DNA from: a virus
Virus record (IMG/VR): IMGVR_UViG_3300031992_000005
Span: 32,001 to 96,000 of that record
Strand: one strand, 5' to 3'
DNA length: 64,000 nt
Position numbers and translations under genes: made by a program
The notes under the pieces: model-generated
Database searches by the model: none
What the model saw: only the letters and a program-made list of their open reading frames with translations
What the model was told of the DNA's origin: nothing
In this document: positions 61,195-64,000 of the stretch, piece after piece
Layout: each line of letters begins with the position of its first letter
How positions within the stretch are numbered: the stretch's first letter is position 1

Positions 61195-62111
61195 AAAGAT
61201 TCTTTTATAGACTTTGGACAAAGTTTATCTTAACACTCAAAACACTCTTTGTTGATGGAGGTTTTGTAGAAGTTTATCATCCAACACAAGACACCCCAAA
61301 AATGAAATTAAGACAATTACCTCATGAAGAAATTATGAAGTATGACAAAAATGGGGATGGAATAGTTGATGAAAAAGACGTAACTGCACTAGTAAACGAT
61401 ATTCTTCTGGGGAATTATGACCCTGGATTAGATCTTAACGGAGATGGAGAAACCGACATATCCGATGTAGTGGAATTTGTAAATATAATCCTAGAAACGG
61501 AAAAAGAAAGAGCATTCTCTTTTGAGTTACTTGGTTATGATTTTACACATCAGCCTGAGAATTGTATTTACTATACAACCTACAATAAAAAGCCGTGTGA
61601 TATTTTTATCATAGAAAACTTCGGCGCAATAGATCTAGTAGAAAATCGTTATTATGAAGGACATGATTTTGGAAAATTGATCTTTAGCGGACCTATTACC
61701 AGAATCCCTGATTATGCATTCTATTTTTGTACAGAGCTCACTAGTATTTCCATACCTAGAAAGGTGATCGATATAGGAGCTCATGCATTTGCAAACTGTA
61801 CAAGACTAGACGCAATCGTTCTCGGAGAAGATGTTAAAAGAATTAATATCGCCGTAAATACTTCAGAAGGAGGAAGCTTTGCTTTTGATGACTGTATTAA
61901 TCTAAATCACATAATTTCATTAGCACAAGAAGCTCCTGCAATAGACTGGAGTACCTTCAGGGATATGGGAAAACCTGGAGAAAGAACATTATATGTAAGA
62001 AAAAAGAGTACAGGATATCAGGAAAACTGGCTTAAAGTAGGAACTGGTATGGCTGTATACCTAGGTAATTATAAATTTAATCTAGCATATCTAGGGGACT
62101 ACGAATACTAA
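61191..62111 (+). CDS. dockerin-repeat plus BspA-type LRR protein
   Basis: Two EF-hand-like dockerin segments (DKNGDGIVDEKDVTALVNDILLG and DLNGDGETDISDVVEFVNIILE), then LRR units (FYFCTELTSISIPRKVIDIGAHAFANCTRLDAIVLG). Confidence 0.7.
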   Translation: MKRFFYRLWTKFILTLKTLFVDGGFVEVYHPTQDTPKMKLRQLPHEEIMKYDKNGDGIVDEKDVTALVNDILLGNYDPGLDLNGDGETDISDVVEFVNIILETEKERAFSFELLGYDFTHQPENCIYYTTYNKKPCDIFIIENFGAIDLVENRYYEGHDFGKLIFSGPITRIPDYAFYFCTELTSISIPRKVIDIGAHAFANCTRLDAIVLGEDVKRINIAVNTSEGGSFAFDDCINLNHIISLAQEAPAIDWSTFRDMGKPGERTLYVRKKSTGYQENWLKVGTGMAVYLGNYKFNLAYLGDYEY

Positions 62112-62115
62112 CTCT

Positions 62116-62152
62116 GGGATGCCTATCTTAATGGTAGGCACCCTTCTTTTTT
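62116..62152 (+). terminator. intrinsic terminator
   Basis: GGGATGCCTA ... TAGGCACCC hairpin (one bulge) followed by TTCTTTTTT. Confidence 0.6.
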
Positions 62153-62178
62153 CCCAAATATGGTTTTTTCTTTTTTCT

Positions 62179-62205
62179 TCCACCTATTACCTTATACTTG
62201 TAATA
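62179..62205 (+). promoter_or_regulatory. promoter-like motif
   Basis: TCCACCTATTACCTTATACTTGTAATA, about 15 nt upstream of the ATG at 62221. Confidence 0.4.
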
Positions 62206-62220
62206 TAAATTTTTATTTTT

Positions 62221-63828
62221 ATGGCTAAAAAGATAAAAGAAGAAGTTATTGAATTTCTAAAACCAAGAGATGCTGTAAGAAAAAGATACGGCATGTATAT
62301 TTCAACAAACGAAAATGCCAATGTGATCTTTCGAGAGATCATTGACAATTCATGCGATGAAATATCAGCTGGATATGGAGATACAGTATTAATTAGCAAT
62401 AACTTAAATGGTTTTTGTTTTGTAGCTGATAATGGTAGAGGTATACCTATCAGCATGTCTAAAGATAAACCAGGAGTAACTCAAGCTTATCTTAGTATAA
62501 GTGAATTACACAGTGGATCTAAATTTGATTCAACTGATGTAAGTAGAGTTGGTATGAATGGCGTAGGCTCAGCATGTTGTAATTTCTTATCTGATCAATA
62601 TTGGCTACTGTCTAGGATCACTGAGGATAATTATTATAAATCTATTCCCGCAGTTAAAGAACTATGGGAAAACAGTGGACCTAGAAGTAAAAGAGATTTG
62701 TTCTATGTGGCATTCTGTCACAAAGGTGAATTAGTTACAGAAGGAGCTGGTAGATTAAAGGACATAGAAAAAGCTATCTTCAAGGATATTAGAGGCTATA
62801 CTTCTATACCTGAGGGACAAAGTACTATTGTTCTTTTTAAACCGGACCCAGAGATCTTTGAATCTACTAATGCAGAAGTTCCTATCAGAAACTTACAGTA
62901 TTTTCTTATGATACAAGAGAAGTTTTATAAGAGAAAAATTAATATTGTAGTTGATGGACAGCTAGTGAATAATACGTTCAAGCCATTTAAATTTGAATTA
63001 ATTAGAATGGTTGAGCCAAAGGATACTAGTTTCAATAAACAAGTTGGTATCTATATGACATTTGAAGCTGACCCTGGATTAGGACAGAAAACTGAAATAG
63101 GTAGTGTTAATGGCCTTGATGTAAATCAGGGACAACATATACAAATTGCAGAATCTGTATATAAAGCTGCATTGAAGGATTATTATAAAATAAAGCATGA
63201 CTGCCTCTTAAATGGTCTTCAACTTTGTGTTATAATATTAGCTGGTGAGGTTGTATTCGATAGCCAAACTAAAACTAGATTAAAAAGTATTAGTAAGGTA
63301 AAATCATCGGACTTCGTTGACGTTGTTAAGGATATCGAAAAAATATTCAGACAAAACCCTGAATATTGGGATCTTCATGTGGAGAAACTGGATAAACTTG
63401 CTGAATCAATGAAGAGCATTGGTGCAGCAGATAAGGCACAGAAATTTATTGATGCTAATAGCGGAATAAATCAATATAGAAGTAGAGCTGATCTACCAAA
63501 AGGATTTGCTGATGCTACTAGCAGAGATAGAAGTGAATGTGAAATTCTAATTTGTGAAGGCTTATCAGCTGGTGGGTCCTTGATTGCAGGAAGAAAAGAT
63601 ACAAGGTATCAGGCGATACTCTCGCTTCGCGGAAAAATATTAAATGTAACTGATAAGGGTGTTGATCGGGCCCTTGAATCTAAAGTTATTAATGATATCT
63701 TCAAGGTTATCGGACTTGGACTCGATGTGAATTGGGTAGGAGCTGGATTAAACTACGAAGAGGCACACGAGGTTATCAAACGTAAGTCTAGGTACAACAA
63801 AATTATTATAGCAAGTGATGCGGATTAG
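62221..63828 (+). CDS. type II DNA topoisomerase ATPase/Toprim subunit (GyrB/T4 gp39-like), 5' exon or N-terminal fragment
   Basis: GHKL motifs EIIDNSCDE, DNGRGIP and GMNGVGSACCN. Toprim motifs ICEGLSAGGS and LSLRGKILNV. The ORF stops at IIIASDAD-TAG, inside the conserved DxDxDG acidic motif. Confidence 0.85.
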   Translation: MAKKIKEEVIEFLKPRDAVRKRYGMYISTNENANVIFREIIDNSCDEISAGYGDTVLISNNLNGFCFVADNGRGIPISMSKDKPGVTQAYLSISELHSGSKFDSTDVSRVGMNGVGSACCNFLSDQYWLLSRITEDNYYKSIPAVKELWENSGPRSKRDLFYVAFCHKGELVTEGAGRLKDIEKAIFKDIRGYTSIPEGQSTIVLFKPDPEIFESTNAEVPIRNLQYFLMIQEKFYKRKINIVVDGQLVNNTFKPFKFELIRMVEPKDTSFNKQVGIYMTFEADPGLGQKTEIGSVNGLDVNQGQHIQIAESVYKAALKDYYKIKHDCLLNGLQLCVIILAGEVVFDSQTKTRLKSISKVKSSDFVDVVKDIEKIFRQNPEYWDLHVEKLDKLAESMKSIGAADKAQKFIDANSGINQYRSRADLPKGFADATSRDRSECEILICEGLSAGGSLIAGRKDTRYQAILSLRGKILNVTDKGVDRALESKVINDIFKVIGLGLDVNWVGAGLNYEEAHEVIKRKSRYNKIIIASDAD

Positions 63829-64000
63829 AATTTATCTGAGTCCGTGAGATTTAGAAATAATTCTCAAAAGAATCGTATTGCTGCGGGGAACTCCTGTTAG
63901 GCTAATAGTACTAGGGATAGTAACAATCTATTAGATAGGGACAATCCGCTCGTTATAAAGATTAGTTAAAAAACAATAAAAAATATGAATAATATAAAAC
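63826..64000 (+). mobile_element. probable group I intron (5' part) with internal ORF starting at 63985; runs off the window
   Basis: There is an in-frame stop right at the break. Exon end GCGGAU (63820-63825) can pair with GUCCGU (63840-63845), giving a P1-like helix with a U:G pair at the putative splice site. A GC-richer structured stretch follows, then ATGAATAAT at 63985. Confidence 0.5.

Noticed and set aside
31694-62456. Shadow ORFs in the plus-strand region: 31694..31891, 33546..33809, 34007..34195, 34348..34626, 38480..38713, 39244..39474, 39753..40040, 39970..40164, 40880..41095, 40979..41275, 41341..41697, 41712..42062, 42333..42653, 43495..43680, 43544..43756, 44839..45021, 45910..46188, 47077..47280, 48129..48359, 50542..50751, 50561..50815, 53410..53691, 56399..56587, 58112..58297, 59304..59543, 59757..59966, 60096..60332, 62187..62456.
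   Set aside because: They overlap stronger co-linear genes on the opposite strand or in another frame. None has motifs or sensible start context.
63826-64000. TAG recoding (stop read as an amino acid, as in some large gut phages) to explain the stop in the topoisomerase gene.
   Set aside because: Reading through TAG gives ...DADQNLSESVRFRNNSQ... instead of the expected VDG.HI Toprim continuation, and a TAA follows. All other genes in the window are intact under the standard code.
63820-64000. T4 gene-60-like translational bypass (take-off codon followed by UAG at the same Toprim position).
   Set aside because: Every downstream GAT tested as a landing codon (including 63848 and 63916) gives a frame that does not encode the Toprim continuation and soon hits a stop. 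The gap is also much larger than 50 nt. An intron or split gene fits better.

Overview
AT-rich, very gene-dense window that reads as part of a large lytic dsDNA phage genome. The host is probably a Bacteroidota: there are no Shine-Dalgarno sequences, the promoters carry TAnnTTTG-like -7 boxes, the GluRS looks Bacteroidota-like, and BspA-type LRR and dockerin modules are present. I recognised no capsid, terminase, tail or integrase genes, no tRNA or rRNA, and no CRISPR array. ORFs are intact under the standard code. Genes recognised from motifs: RNase HI, a BspA-like LRR protein, a DUF488-like protein, a MoxR-like AAA+ ATPase paired with a vWA/HExxH protein, glutamyl-tRNA synthetase, a DHH/DHHA1 phosphoesterase, a Cys-based protein phosphatase, a pol-beta-type nucleotidyltransferase, a four-gene amidoligase/glutamine-amidotransferase cassette, a PNKP-type HAD phosphatase, a minimal ABC-type ATPase, a dockerin-LRR protein and a T4 gp39-like topoisomerase II ATPase/Toprim subunit. 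Most notable observations: (1) a ~10 kb tandem array holds 15 copies (17 in the window plus 2 relics) of an unrecognised small-protein family with three conserved anchors around two hypervariable inserts, mostly joined by ATGA overlaps. (2) Three adjacent large proteins are built from six copies of a ~130-aa module. (3) A G10 tract separates a translationally coupled leader ORF from the start-less LRR ORF, which suggests phase variation or slippage. (4) gltX carries a duplicated copy of its neighbour's promoter, leader and first 8 codons. (5) The topoisomerase gene is cut inside the Toprim DxD motif by an apparent group I intron. (6) Two long ORF-free, hairpin-dense islands and one orphan promoter-terminator mini-unit are candidate ncRNAs. 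(7) A promoter-like motif recurs at least 14 times. All calls rest on reading motifs by eye; no searches were run.
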